A stretch of DNA of 64,000 bases from a virus (Duplodnaviria > Caudoviricetes): positions 1 to 64,000 of the IMG/VR virus record IMGVR_UViG_3300032280_000651; one strand, 5' to 3'. Of this stretch, positions 17,449-26,483 are shown one piece after another; within the stretch, counting starts at the first letter, position 1; every line of letters begins with the position of its first letter. Under the pieces are notes generated by a model that saw only the letters and a program-made list of their open reading frames with translations, had not been told where the DNA came from and did no database searches. The position numbers and the translations under genes are program-made.

Positions 17449-17522
17449 CGCGTAACGATCCACAGAGAGAGGTTACCCGACTTGGTATCGGGGTTATTGT
17501 CAGTTCGAGTCTGACTTACGCG
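17449..17522 (+). tRNA. tRNA-Pro(UGG), divergent D arm and U37
   Basis: cccga-CTTGGTA-tcggg; gtcag-TTCGAGT-ctgac. Confidence 0.7.
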
Positions 17523-17528
17523 ACGAAA

Positions 17529-17601
17529 TAGTGCTGTAGCTCAGTGGAAGAGTGTCTGGTTGTCGCCCAGAAGGTCGCGGGTTCAATCCCCGTCAGTACT
17601 G
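17529..17601 (+). tRNA. tRNA-Asp(GUC)
   Basis: tctgg-TTGTCGC-ccaga; G73. Confidence 0.85.
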
Positions 17602-17663
17602 CAATTTCGATTCCGATAGGGACCGATAATTATTTAATATATATAATAAAATAATTATTTATT

Positions 17664-18473
17664 ATGTATGAAAAAGTTTGTAAGTGGTGTGGTAATTTAA
17701 TCTCTGTTGAAAAACAACAATCATTTGCATCACATGTCGCTGGATGTATTATGAATCCAAAAGTAGAAGAACGATATAAAAAGAATAGTGAGCGATTCAA
17801 GGGTGTTCTAAAGGTTGAACGAATCGAAATATCTAAAGAGTGTCCTAAATGTAAAGAAATTTTTAAAGTAATTGCAACTGAATCAGAAATTAGACGTAAT
17901 AAGGTCAGATTATTTTGTTCTAGAAAGTGTTCCAATACAAGAATACATTCAGAGAAAACTAAAGAAAAAATGTCATCGGCATCAATTGGTATTATTCCTT
18001 ATAATAAAGGAGTTAAAAAAATTAAAAAATTTACTTGTCTTAAATGTGGTAAAGAAGGTATTATAAAAAGATATAACAATAAACAGAAGTATCATTCAGA
18101 ATGTTGGAGATTATCATCTGGTGGTATAAGACAGGGAAGTAGTAGAGGTAAAAGTGGTTGGTATAAAGGTTACTGGTGTGATAGTAGTTATGAACTAGCA
18201 TATCTTATTTACAATTTAGATAATTCTATTTTGATTGAAAGAAATAAAAATGGTTTTGAATATACTCATAATGATGAAAAACATTTATTCTATCCTGATT
18301 TCATAATAGGAGGTAAATATATTGAGATAAAGAATTATAAATCGGAACTTACTGATAGTAAAATATCACAATTTCCATATGAAATAGAAATATATTATAA
18401 AGAAGAAATGAAACCATTCATAGAATATGTAAAAAATAAATATGGTAAGGATTTTATAAAATTATATGAATAA
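17664..18473 (+). CDS. Putative zinc-finger PD-(D/E)xK homing endonuclease inside tRNA array 3
   Basis: CxxC repeats; CDSSYELAY...YPDF...YIEIK. Confidence 0.65.
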   Translation: MYEKVCKWCGNLISVEKQQSFASHVAGCIMNPKVEERYKKNSERFKGVLKVERIEISKECPKCKEIFKVIATESEIRRNKVRLFCSRKCSNTRIHSEKTKEKMSSASIGIIPYNKGVKKIKKFTCLKCGKEGIIKRYNNKQKYHSECWRLSSGGIRQGSSRGKSGWYKGYWCDSSYELAYLIYNLDNSILIERNKNGFEYTHNDEKHLFYPDFIIGGKYIEIKNYKSELTDSKISQFPYEIEIYYKEEMKPFIEYVKNKYGKDFIKLYE

Positions 18474-18474
18474 T

Positions 18475-18544
18475 ACCGAGTGATCTTGGGGATCAGAGAC
18501 GGTTCATATCTGACTCTAGAAGGGTTCGATCCCCTTGCTCGGTA
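18475..18544 (+). tRNA. tRNA with CAU anticodon (Met)
   Basis: Loop TTCATAT; short D arm gatc/gatc; mismatch in anticodon stem. Confidence 0.7.
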
Positions 18545-18550
18545 CAAATT

Positions 18551-18683
18551 GGTAGTGTTAGCACTAAAGTCAGAGATTTAATCGGATGACGGGATTATAT
18601 GATAATGTGAGTTATGTAATTCTAGGAATGGGTGCACCTTGAGGAGGAAATCACATTTGCTGGTTCGAGTCCAGCCACTACCG
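18551..18683 (+). ncRNA. 133-nt tRNA-like RNA with expanded interior
   Basis: ggtagtg/cactacc acceptor plus gctgg-TTCGAGT-ccagc T arm; interior stems gtca/tgac and aatgtga/tcacatt; no 7-nt anticodon loop. Confidence 0.6.
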
Positions 18684-18689
18684 CAAAAT

Positions 18690-18761
18690 GGCGTTGTATC
18701 TCAGAGGCAGAGAAGTCGGCTCATATCCGAACGGTCGGGATCTCGGAATTCCCCAACGCTA
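18690..18761 (+). tRNA. tRNA with CAU anticodon (Met), atypical T loop
   Basis: tcgg-CTCATAT-ccga; T loop CTCGGAA. Confidence 0.7.
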
Positions 18762-18796
18762 CTAACAAATAAGATTTCATTTTTAATATATAAATA

Positions 18797-19417
18797 ATGA
18801 GTGATTTATTTAAGAAAGGTAAAGATTTAATTGATAAAGATATTGTCAAAGTTGAAATATCATTTATTAATTTTGAAGGAAAAGAAGATACAGGTATCTT
18901 AGAAGTTCATAAAGATGTTAAAGATGAAGTAGTTAAAATATTTAACGAAGTAAAAGAAATCAATTTTCCAATATTTAAAATGGAAACCGTTGATAAATAT
19001 GACTTTGATGATGAGAAATCAGTTGTTGCAAACAACTCGTCGGCTTATAACTTTAGATTTGTTAGTGGTACAACAAAATTAAGTGACCACGCAATTGGAC
19101 TAGCAATTGATATAAATCCCAAACAAAATCCTTGGGTACACCCATCAGCACTAAATAAATTTCCTTATGTTCCAGGTGAAAAAGGAACTATTGAAAAAGG
19201 TGACAAAGTAGTGACAATATTTGAAAAGTATGGTTGGTCTTGGGGAGGTAATTGGAGAAATCCAGATTATCAACACTTTTTTAAAGGTGGTGATGTAAAT
19301 AAAAGAGTAAAGAATAAATTATATGATGATTTAGGTATAGATAATCCTTACTTACAGAATCAACCTAAAGGTAGAATAGATAGATTTAAAGATTTTGTTA
19401 AAAGAATTATAAAATAA
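18797..19417 (+). CDS. M15 family metallopeptidase (peptidoglycan peptidase)
   Basis: NFR...SDHAIGLAIDINP...WGGNW...DYQHF. Confidence 0.85.
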   Translation: MSDLFKKGKDLIDKDIVKVEISFINFEGKEDTGILEVHKDVKDEVVKIFNEVKEINFPIFKMETVDKYDFDDEKSVVANNSSAYNFRFVSGTTKLSDHAIGLAIDINPKQNPWVHPSALNKFPYVPGEKGTIEKGDKVVTIFEKYGWSWGGNWRNPDYQHFFKGGDVNKRVKNKLYDDLGIDNPYLQNQPKGRIDRFKDFVKRIIK

Positions 19418-19446
19418 AAAACCTCTCAAATGAGAGGTTTTATCTG

Positions 19447-19641
19447 TTAGTTTTCTAATACTTTATCAATATTAGCATCTCTAACTTTAGCTTTTACAAT
19501 ACTTGGACTTTCCATATCCTCATCTGTAATTCCTAATTGAGTTTTGATGATATTTAATAAATATCTCTCATTTTGACGATAGTAATTTGGTGCTTCTGAC
19601 ATAGCTTCTGACATCATTCCACCACTAAGATTCTTATTCAT
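19447..19641 (-). CDS. Hypothetical protein
   Basis: 64 aa; C-terminal VRDANIDKVL. Confidence 0.55.
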   Translation of the reverse strand: MNKNLSGGMMSEAMSEAPNYYRQNERYLLNIIKTQLGITDEDMESPSIVKAKVRDANIDKVLEN

Positions 19642-19693
19642 AGTAATTAATTATTTTTTAATTATATATAGAAACATAAAATAAGTTTAACCA

Positions 19694-19945
19694 ATGAAAA
19701 AACTAATAGTAAAATCCGCAACTCAACTTTGGACAGTTCTTAAAAACAAAGAAGAAATCTTTGAGAATAATAAAGAGCTAGCAAGATTTATATTTGTCAC
19801 AGAAAAATTCATAAAAGGATGTCAATGTGGTTCAGATAATAAAACTTTAATGGATAATCAATACAACTATATTTCTACAAACGAAGAAATTATAACTATT
19901 CTAAAAAATGAATTAGGTTATGAAGAAATTATCTTTGAAAAATAA
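19694..19945 (+). CDS. Hypothetical protein
   Basis: 83 aa ORF. Confidence 0.55.
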   Translation: MKKLIVKSATQLWTVLKNKEEIFENNKELARFIFVTEKFIKGCQCGSDNKTLMDNQYNYISTNEEIITILKNELGYEEIIFEK

Positions 19946-19982
19946 AATACATTTCGTATCTTTGTAATTAAATATATACATT

Positions 19983-20438
19983 ATGGCGAATCGTGTATAT
20001 AAGATAAGATATTCAAAATCCTCATTAGAACTAAATGAAGACTACGACTGTTTATCAGATTACGAAAAAGAAGTTATCTCTGAGTTAGATGCAGAAGGTT
20101 TCTTTGACTATGAAGATAATCATATCTATTGTTGCTATGTTATATCTACACCAATCGAAGTAGCTAAATATAGTAAAATACTTACTAATAATTTAATTGC
20201 TCACGAATGTTTAGATTTATCAGAAGATATAATTTACAATAGAATAGACGTTGAGTATGAATTAGAAGATAAATTGGATGAAAAGAATCTTTTTAAATAT
20301 GATTTCTTTTTAGAAGATATAAATTCTTGGATTTATAATAACTTAGAAATCGACATTGTTCTCGATAGAATAACAGATGTCGGTATAGATTCCCTAAAAC
20401 AAATAGAAAAAGACTTTTTAAAACATTACTCAATATGA
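19983..20438 (+). CDS. Hypothetical protein
   Basis: 151 aa acidic ORF behind TATCTTTG. Confidence 0.6.
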   Translation: MANRVYKIRYSKSSLELNEDYDCLSDYEKEVISELDAEGFFDYEDNHIYCCYVISTPIEVAKYSKILTNNLIAHECLDLSEDIIYNRIDVEYELEDKLDEKNLFKYDFFLEDINSWIYNNLEIDIVLDRITDVGIDSLKQIEKDFLKHYSI

Positions 20439-20848
20439 ACATATTTTTAGATGATATCCGAGTTCCATCAATGTCTCACAATGTAGGCAAGGGTCTTGGT
20501 GTGGATTATTCTGATAAAGATAAATGGGTAATTGTTAGAGATTATTTCGACTTTGTTGATTTAGTTGATAAATATTTTGATGATATTGATTTAATTTCTT
20601 TTGACCATGATTTAGCTTGTTATAAAGATGATGTTGAATACACAGGTAAGTCGGCAGTAGATTATTTAATCAATTATTGTTTAGATCATAATAAAGAATT
20701 TCCAGATTGGTATGCTCATACCGACAACACTTCTGGAAAAAGAAATATAATAGGAGCAGTGCTAAACTTTTTAAATAAAGTTGAAGGAAAAAACATTACT
20801 AACTTTAGATACTATAATAATGGTATCGTTAATAATTCACCAGTATGA
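20435..20848 (+). CDS. Cyclic-phosphate processing receiver-domain protein
   Basis: IFLDDIRVP and ISFDHDL motifs. Confidence 0.7.
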   Translation: MNIFLDDIRVPSMSHNVGKGLGVDYSDKDKWVIVRDYFDFVDLVDKYFDDIDLISFDHDLACYKDDVEYTGKSAVDYLINYCLDHNKEFPDWYAHTDNTSGKRNIIGAVLNFLNKVEGKNITNFRYYNNGIVNNSPV

Positions 20849-21147
20849 CATTTTTAGATACACATCTAATTATTAAAATTAGAGACAAAATCAAATCTAT
20901 GGATTTCTCAGGATTCGTATGGCTTGACAAACCTATCTATGATAAAAATTGTGTTATTGATAGAATTAAAATGGAACCATATCAGTGTGAGGAAGTTCTA
21001 CCACTTAGTTGGTATGCTTTAAGTAAACAAACAAGATTTAAAATTTACAAAGCTTTATGTAACAATGAAGTTTATGTTAAGCAAAAATTAAATGATGATT
21101 ATTATATAAACATCAAACCAAAATACAAACAAAATGAACTTAAATAG
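20845..21147 (+). CDS. Hypothetical protein
   Basis: Overlapping operonic ORF. Confidence 0.55.
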   Translation: MTFLDTHLIIKIRDKIKSMDFSGFVWLDKPIYDKNCVIDRIKMEPYQCEEVLPLSWYALSKQTRFKIYKALCNNEVYVKQKLNDDYYINIKPKYKQNELK

Positions 21148-21856
21148 TATAGATTTACATTATCGTTGTGTTGATATAGACTATCACACAGAATACGACT
21201 GTAGTAATAACGGCTGTGATGATGAAGGAATTTGTCGTTGTGGTGTGATTTATGACTCAGAAGTTACTCATGTTGATGTTAGTAAAATGGTAAATCTAAT
21301 TTATGATGAAATGTTTGACAATAGTACTTTATCTGGTAAAAGAGAAGATAAATTAAATCAATTACTTTATGGTATAGGTGAAGATATAAACCGTTATACT
21401 ATTGATAGAGTATTAAGAAAATATAAAATATGGGATCCTTATTATTATCAAATTGAAGTATGTGGTGGTTATTACGGACAAGAAATTGATGGAGTTTTTA
21501 TAAGTAGCAACATTGCTTCTAAAATAGAACAAGAACTAGAAATAGCTTTCTCTATCGATGATTTAACAGGACGTGTCGAGTACTTATTAGGATTAGAGTA
21601 TGGTTCAGTATTACCAGACTTAGCACATTGTCAATATGAAATAATTGAAATAGATAAAACGGAAATAAACTTTGGTTCTATTTCACATCATAGTAAAGTA
21701 AAGAAAAAAGATTTAGAGTTCTATAGTGATAAAAACTATAAAGGAATTAGAGGTGTAGTCACATTTACTAATGGAAAATATCGACTAATCGATGGTTATC
21801 ATAGAGTTCATACAACAGCAGGACATAAAGTAAAAGTTTTAAATGCGATAAAATAA
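21134..21856 (+). CDS. Hypothetical protein with ParB/Srx-like C-terminal motif
   Basis: YRLIDGYHRV. Confidence 0.55.
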   Translation: MNLNSIDLHYRCVDIDYHTEYDCSNNGCDDEGICRCGVIYDSEVTHVDVSKMVNLIYDEMFDNSTLSGKREDKLNQLLYGIGEDINRYTIDRVLRKYKIWDPYYYQIEVCGGYYGQEIDGVFISSNIASKIEQELEIAFSIDDLTGRVEYLLGLEYGSVLPDLAHCQYEIIEIDKTEINFGSISHHSKVKKKDLEFYSDKNYKGIRGVVTFTNGKYRLIDGYHRVHTTAGHKVKVLNAIK

Positions 21857-21880
21857 AAAGACTCCAATTGGAGTCTTTTT

Positions 21881-23749
21881 TTATTCTTCTATCATAAATT
21901 CATTTATAAATGACTTTCTTTTCTCCATTTCTTCATCTGAAAAAGTATCGGAATCAGCTTCGGTCTCAATCTTTTTAAATAATTCATCTAATGTTATAAT
22001 TGGAGTATCTCTAAATAATGATACATTATTCTCATAAGATCTTATTTCTTTATAATAATCAAACCAATCAGTCTTACGGCTATTTGGTACATCATCAACT
22101 TCTGTAGTAGTCTCTAATTCATAATCAAATAACTTAGCGTCTTCTTTAGTTAAATAGAAATGATCTTTCTCATTATCAGTTTTTATTAAGAATGTTTCAA
22201 TAGAAAATATATCTAAAATATACTCTTCTTTATAATCTAGTGTAAGTAAGTCTTTATGAACTGCATCTGTATTTGACCAATCAGAGTATTTATCAGATAA
22301 CTTTTCAAACCATTCTTTTTTCATTAAATATTTAACCATAATAATATCTCTTGCATCTCTATGGAATGGTTCATAAACCGTGTAGTTATATTCTTCTGGT
22401 TCGGCAGTATCTTCATCAATTCTTACAATAGTATCAACTGTAGTTCCTTCTAAGAAGTATTCATTGTTATATTCTGACCAAACTGCATCCTCAACATGAC
22501 AATAAGTATTTTCATATTCTAAATAAACAATATCATCATAACTTTCAGGATAATAACCTCTTCTTCTATCAGAACCAACCGTAACTTCTACATTATCATG
22601 ATCATAAATCCAATCCTGTAAAGGTCTTGAGAAAACCGCTTCTGATCTATCAATCTCGGTATCATACCAATCTGAGTAAACTGCATCTCTTACTTCTTCA
22701 TAACCTCCAGAAGTACTTGATAAAATATAACATCCAATTGCTTCCTCACCATTTTCATAATCATTATAAAGTGTTCCTGTACTAGGATCATATCTTCTAA
22801 ACGTATCTACATAAGGAAATTCCCTATAGTTCTTTTTCTTAACTTTAACAGTCATATTTGTAGCTTTAGACTCATCATTGTAAGTTACTGCAGCTAAATT
22901 AGTATGATTATTATATGTTTTATAAGACCAACCTTTTTCTTTAGCATAAGTTCTAAACTTTTCTACATCAGATTCTTTTATAGTATATTGTCTATCTAAG
23001 AAGTATTCTGCATCATTATCTGATGTCTCGATTTTCCAAATTAAAGCTCTACCAATTACCATATCGTCTTCTAATAAAACTAACATTCTACAAACTTCTG
23101 TATTTTCCATATAGATTTGAAAAGTTTCTTTATTTTGTTTGGCCATACAAGAACTACCTAAAGTACCTGACATTGTTTTATAATTTTTATGATCGTAATA
23201 ATCACCAATTTCTTCTCCAGAAACCTCAATAAATCTTTCTCCTGATTGTTCTAGAGCAGCTTTGAACTTATTTACAAAATCTTCAACTTCTTTAGCAGAA
23301 AATTCAGAGGTTAAAATATTATTTACAAAACGACCTAATTTAACTGGATTTCTACCTTTCTTATAAGGATCACCATCACCTATCTCACCTCGACCATTTA
23401 AAGGAGAATAACTTCTAATCGGATAATCTTGCATGTGTAATTTCCAAATATCATTACCAATCTCTTCATCATTATCCAATATTCTACCCATTTCATCTTC
23501 TGGTATCTGGAACTTAGCTGCTAAAATCTTTTTAGAGTTTTTCATTGTTGTAAATGAAACATAACCTTCTTTATCCAAATTGACAAATGTTATATCTGGT
23601 TTTATATTATCTCTTTCTATATCTAATAATTTCCTTGCAATAGGTTCACTTTTTAATTTACTTAATGCCCTTCTAAACGGTGGTGCAAAGTGAATTACTG
23701 ACTCAGTTAGTAATTTCTCTAAAATAAAATCATCATATTTGTTTAACAT
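21881..23749 (-). CDS. Large hypothetical protein
   Basis: 622 aa; GTLGSSCM...IGRALIW block; N-terminus MLNKYDDF. Confidence 0.7.
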   Translation of the reverse strand: MLNKYDDFILEKLLTESVIHFAPPFRRALSKLKSEPIARKLLDIERDNIKPDITFVNLDKEGYVSFTTMKNSKKILAAKFQIPEDEMGRILDNDEEIGNDIWKLHMQDYPIRSYSPLNGRGEIGDGDPYKKGRNPVKLGRFVNNILTSEFSAKEVEDFVNKFKAALEQSGERFIEVSGEEIGDYYDHKNYKTMSGTLGSSCMAKQNKETFQIYMENTEVCRMLVLLEDDMVIGRALIWKIETSDNDAEYFLDRQYTIKESDVEKFRTYAKEKGWSYKTYNNHTNLAAVTYNDESKATNMTVKVKKKNYREFPYVDTFRRYDPSTGTLYNDYENGEEAIGCYILSSTSGGYEEVRDAVYSDWYDTEIDRSEAVFSRPLQDWIYDHDNVEVTVGSDRRRGYYPESYDDIVYLEYENTYCHVEDAVWSEYNNEYFLEGTTVDTIVRIDEDTAEPEEYNYTVYEPFHRDARDIIMVKYLMKKEWFEKLSDKYSDWSNTDAVHKDLLTLDYKEEYILDIFSIETFLIKTDNEKDHFYLTKEDAKLFDYELETTTEVDDVPNSRKTDWFDYYKEIRSYENNVSLFRDTPIITLDELFKKIETEADSDTFSDEEMEKRKSFINEFMIEE

Positions 23750-23822
23750 ATTATTTAAAAACTTTTACTTTTTCTTATATATAAAATTTGTTAACTCGAA
23801 TTTTATTTGTACATTTGTAACT

Positions 23823-24299
23823 ATGAAAGCAAAATCACCATTCGTTATATTATTATCTGGCATACCAATGTCTGGTAAATCTACTTGGGTAAGAGAAAAC
23901 TACCCAGACACTCTAACTATTTCTAGAGACGAGCTTGTTATGGAAGTTGCTGGTACAAGAGATTATAACCTAGCCTTTAAAACTGTAAATCAAAAAGCAG
24001 TTGATAAACTATTGGTTAAAAGAATAACTGATGCAGCTACTCAAAAAGTAGATGTTATCATCGATATGACAAATGTATCAACAAAAGTTAGAGCTAAAAA
24101 TCTTTCTTACTTTTCTGACGACTACTACAAAGTAGCAGTGGTTTTACCAATCTTAGATTCAGCAGAATACAAAAGAAGAAACGAGTTTAGATCAATGAAC
24201 GAAAACAAATTCATTCCACCATTTGTAATTAAATCAATGATGGACTCTTTTGTTGTACCAACAGAAGCAGAAGGATTTGATAAAATAATTTTAGTGTAA
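23823..24299 (+). CDS. P-loop kinase (AAA_33 / polynucleotide-kinase-like)
   Basis: SGIPMSGKSTW, ISRDE, IIDMTN; ATG at 23823 behind TACATTTG. Confidence 0.75.
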   Translation: MKAKSPFVILLSGIPMSGKSTWVRENYPDTLTISRDELVMEVAGTRDYNLAFKTVNQKAVDKLLVKRITDAATQKVDVIIDMTNVSTKVRAKNLSYFSDDYYKVAVVLPILDSAEYKRRNEFRSMNENKFIPPFVIKSMMDSFVVPTEAEGFDKIILV

Positions 24300-24667
24300 T
24301 GGCAAGAATGATTAAAAAATATGATCTGGGTCAATCCAGAGACCTTTATAAACAAATGAAGGAACAAATCAAGGAAAAAGAAAAAAACAAAAATATGGAT
24401 ATAATAAACATTCTAGTAGATGCAGTTGTTGCATCAGGGAAGAAATTTAATGAGATACCTAAAGAAAGTATCTTTGCTTACCTTGATAAGGCGGGTATAG
24501 GGAAGTCTAAATGGCAGAGTACCTATGATACTTTAGCAAGTAACTTCAAAGAAACTGTTCCGATTGTTAAAAAAATTGAACAATCACATACACAATCTAA
24601 GACTGATTTAAAACAAAGACAACCAAGGAAAAGTATTTTCTCAGAAATTAAAAAAATTACCCCATAA
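24299..24667 (+). CDS. Hypothetical protein
   Basis: 122 aa ORF. Confidence 0.55.
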   Translation: MARMIKKYDLGQSRDLYKQMKEQIKEKEKNKNMDIINILVDAVVASGKKFNEIPKESIFAYLDKAGIGKSKWQSTYDTLASNFKETVPIVKKIEQSHTQSKTDLKQRQPRKSIFSEIKKITP

Positions 24668-24733
24668 TATTTGGATTATCGGGGTAATCACCGTATATTT
24701 GTACTGTAATCAAATAACAACAAATATATCACT

Positions 24734-25072
24734 ATGAACTCTATAGACACTTTAAAATTCGTTGACGGTAACTTTATATCTTCTGACTCTTTCTCTGATA
24801 TGGTATATGAAAATGAAGGTTCTTTCACTGAAAAAGATCAATATATGTTCTTTGAGTATGGTGACACAGAAGTAACCGTTAACTACGAACTTTATGTTGA
24901 TGGTACTATCGAAGAAGAAAGTGGTGACTGGTACACACCAGGTTCTTGTGAAGTTTTTATAACTGACACTGACATAACTATCACCGAAGTATTCGTTGAT
25001 GGTGTTCTAACAAATGTAGATGCTCAAGACTTAACGAAACTTGAGAAATTAATAAAAACACAATTATCATAA
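24734..25072 (+). CDS. Hypothetical protein
   Basis: Preceded by TTTG-20 nt-TATATTTG promoter (24670-24701). Confidence 0.65.
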   Translation: MNSIDTLKFVDGNFISSDSFSDMVYENEGSFTEKDQYMFFEYGDTEVTVNYELYVDGTIEEESGDWYTPGSCEVFITDTDITITEVFVDGVLTNVDAQDLTKLEKLIKTQLS

Positions 25073-25117
25073 TAGAAAAACTCAGATTTATAGTCTGAGT
25101 TTTTTTATATATATGAT

Positions 25118-25969
25118 ATGCAAATTAGAAAACTAGGGGATAATAAACCAAAAATATTAATAATACAAGGCTCACCAAGGGATAAAGACACTTGTTCTGA
25201 TATGAGTTCTAAAAGTCATGATATAGTTGATTACATCAAAGATAAATGGTTACCATTTATTGACTTTCACACAATTGATTTAGCAGTCAACCATTCAAAA
25301 CAACCAATTATTCAACCGTGTAAAGGTTGTGTATCAACTGCAGGTGGTTATCATTGTCATTTTCCTTGCTCTTGTTATTTCAAAGGTGATAAGAAGAAAC
25401 CCGATTTAATGCACGACTTAGATATATATCAATTACTACAAGAATGTGACGCATTTATTATTATATCACCTGTTCACTGGTTTTCTTTAACTTCACAAGT
25501 AAAATCTTTTTTCGATAGATTAGTTTGTGTTAACCAAACACTTGCAGTTGATGATGCCAAAAATCTAATGGGTCCTAAAAATATTAAAAACTCGGAAATT
25601 ACTGGTAAACTTTCAAAGTCCGGTAAATATGAAAATATGTTAAGAAATCACTTAGATGGTAAGGTTGGTGCTTTTTATGTACACGGTGATGATGGTGCTA
25701 ATGATTATGTAAAAAATAACTTACCTGAATCATATGATGTAATATCAGATCCTTTTTCAATTGATCCTAAATCGGCAGTATTACCTTATATTATGCAGAT
25801 GAAATACTCAGGTGTATTTGTACCGGATAATCTAGTACAAGCGTTCCATGTAAATAAGGGTTTAGATTATTATACTGCAAATAAAACCTTTGATAAACAA
25901 AAGGAATTTAAAGAAAGAGCGGATGTTCTTATAGAAAATTTATTAAATTATTTAGATGAAAAAGATTAA
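25118..25969 (+). CDS. Flavodoxin-fold FMN reductase / iron-sulfur flavoprotein
   Basis: IQGSPR, PCKGCVS, SPVHWFSLTSQVKSFFDRL. Confidence 0.75.
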   Translation: MQIRKLGDNKPKILIIQGSPRDKDTCSDMSSKSHDIVDYIKDKWLPFIDFHTIDLAVNHSKQPIIQPCKGCVSTAGGYHCHFPCSCYFKGDKKKPDLMHDLDIYQLLQECDAFIIISPVHWFSLTSQVKSFFDRLVCVNQTLAVDDAKNLMGPKNIKNSEITGKLSKSGKYENMLRNHLDGKVGAFYVHGDDGANDYVKNNLPESYDVISDPFSIDPKSAVLPYIMQMKYSGVFVPDNLVQAFHVNKGLDYYTANKTFDKQKEFKERADVLIENLLNYLDEKD

Positions 25970-26438
25970 AAGATTATTAGAGTTCTTCGATGATGAAGAT
26001 TTTAAATCTGAATACGAGATACCTTATTTAAAAGGTGAAATGCCGGAAGTAATAAGTAAGTTTAAAAGTTATGAGTCTGGTGAAGATATTAGATTTTTAG
26101 ATGTAATGAGATACCAATTCCCAGTACTTAATCACTTTAACTATAAAGTAGTTGAGAAAGGTGAACAAAAGATACATCTTCTTTTTGCTACATCTTTAAA
26201 ACATGTAAATGGTGACGATTATTATGGTTCTATTACGTTTGCTTTCTACAAACAACAATACAATGTAATTACAATCTTTAGAAAATTAAAAGAAAATGAT
26301 AAATCTAAGTGGGATGTTAAAGAGAATAAATTTGATGATATTCAATCAACATTCCCAGTTGTTGAAGATTTTATAAAAAGATGTGAAGATTTTAACATTA
26401 TAGAATCGGATCTTAATTTTAATATACAAAGTAACTAA
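25956..26438 (+). CDS. Hypothetical protein
   Basis: 160 aa ORF. Confidence 0.6.
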   Translation: MKKIKRLLEFFDDEDFKSEYEIPYLKGEMPEVISKFKSYESGEDIRFLDVMRYQFPVLNHFNYKVVEKGEQKIHLLFATSLKHVNGDDYYGSITFAFYKQQYNVITIFRKLKENDKSKWDVKENKFDDIQSTFPVVEDFIKRCEDFNIIESDLNFNIQSN

Positions 26439-26483
26439 ACAAATTCCTAACATTTCTGTATAACATAAAAATTAAATTTTTTT

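Noticed and set aside
18551-18683. tmRNA
   Set aside because: Too short, no G3:U70 or A73 alanine identity, no tag reading frame evident
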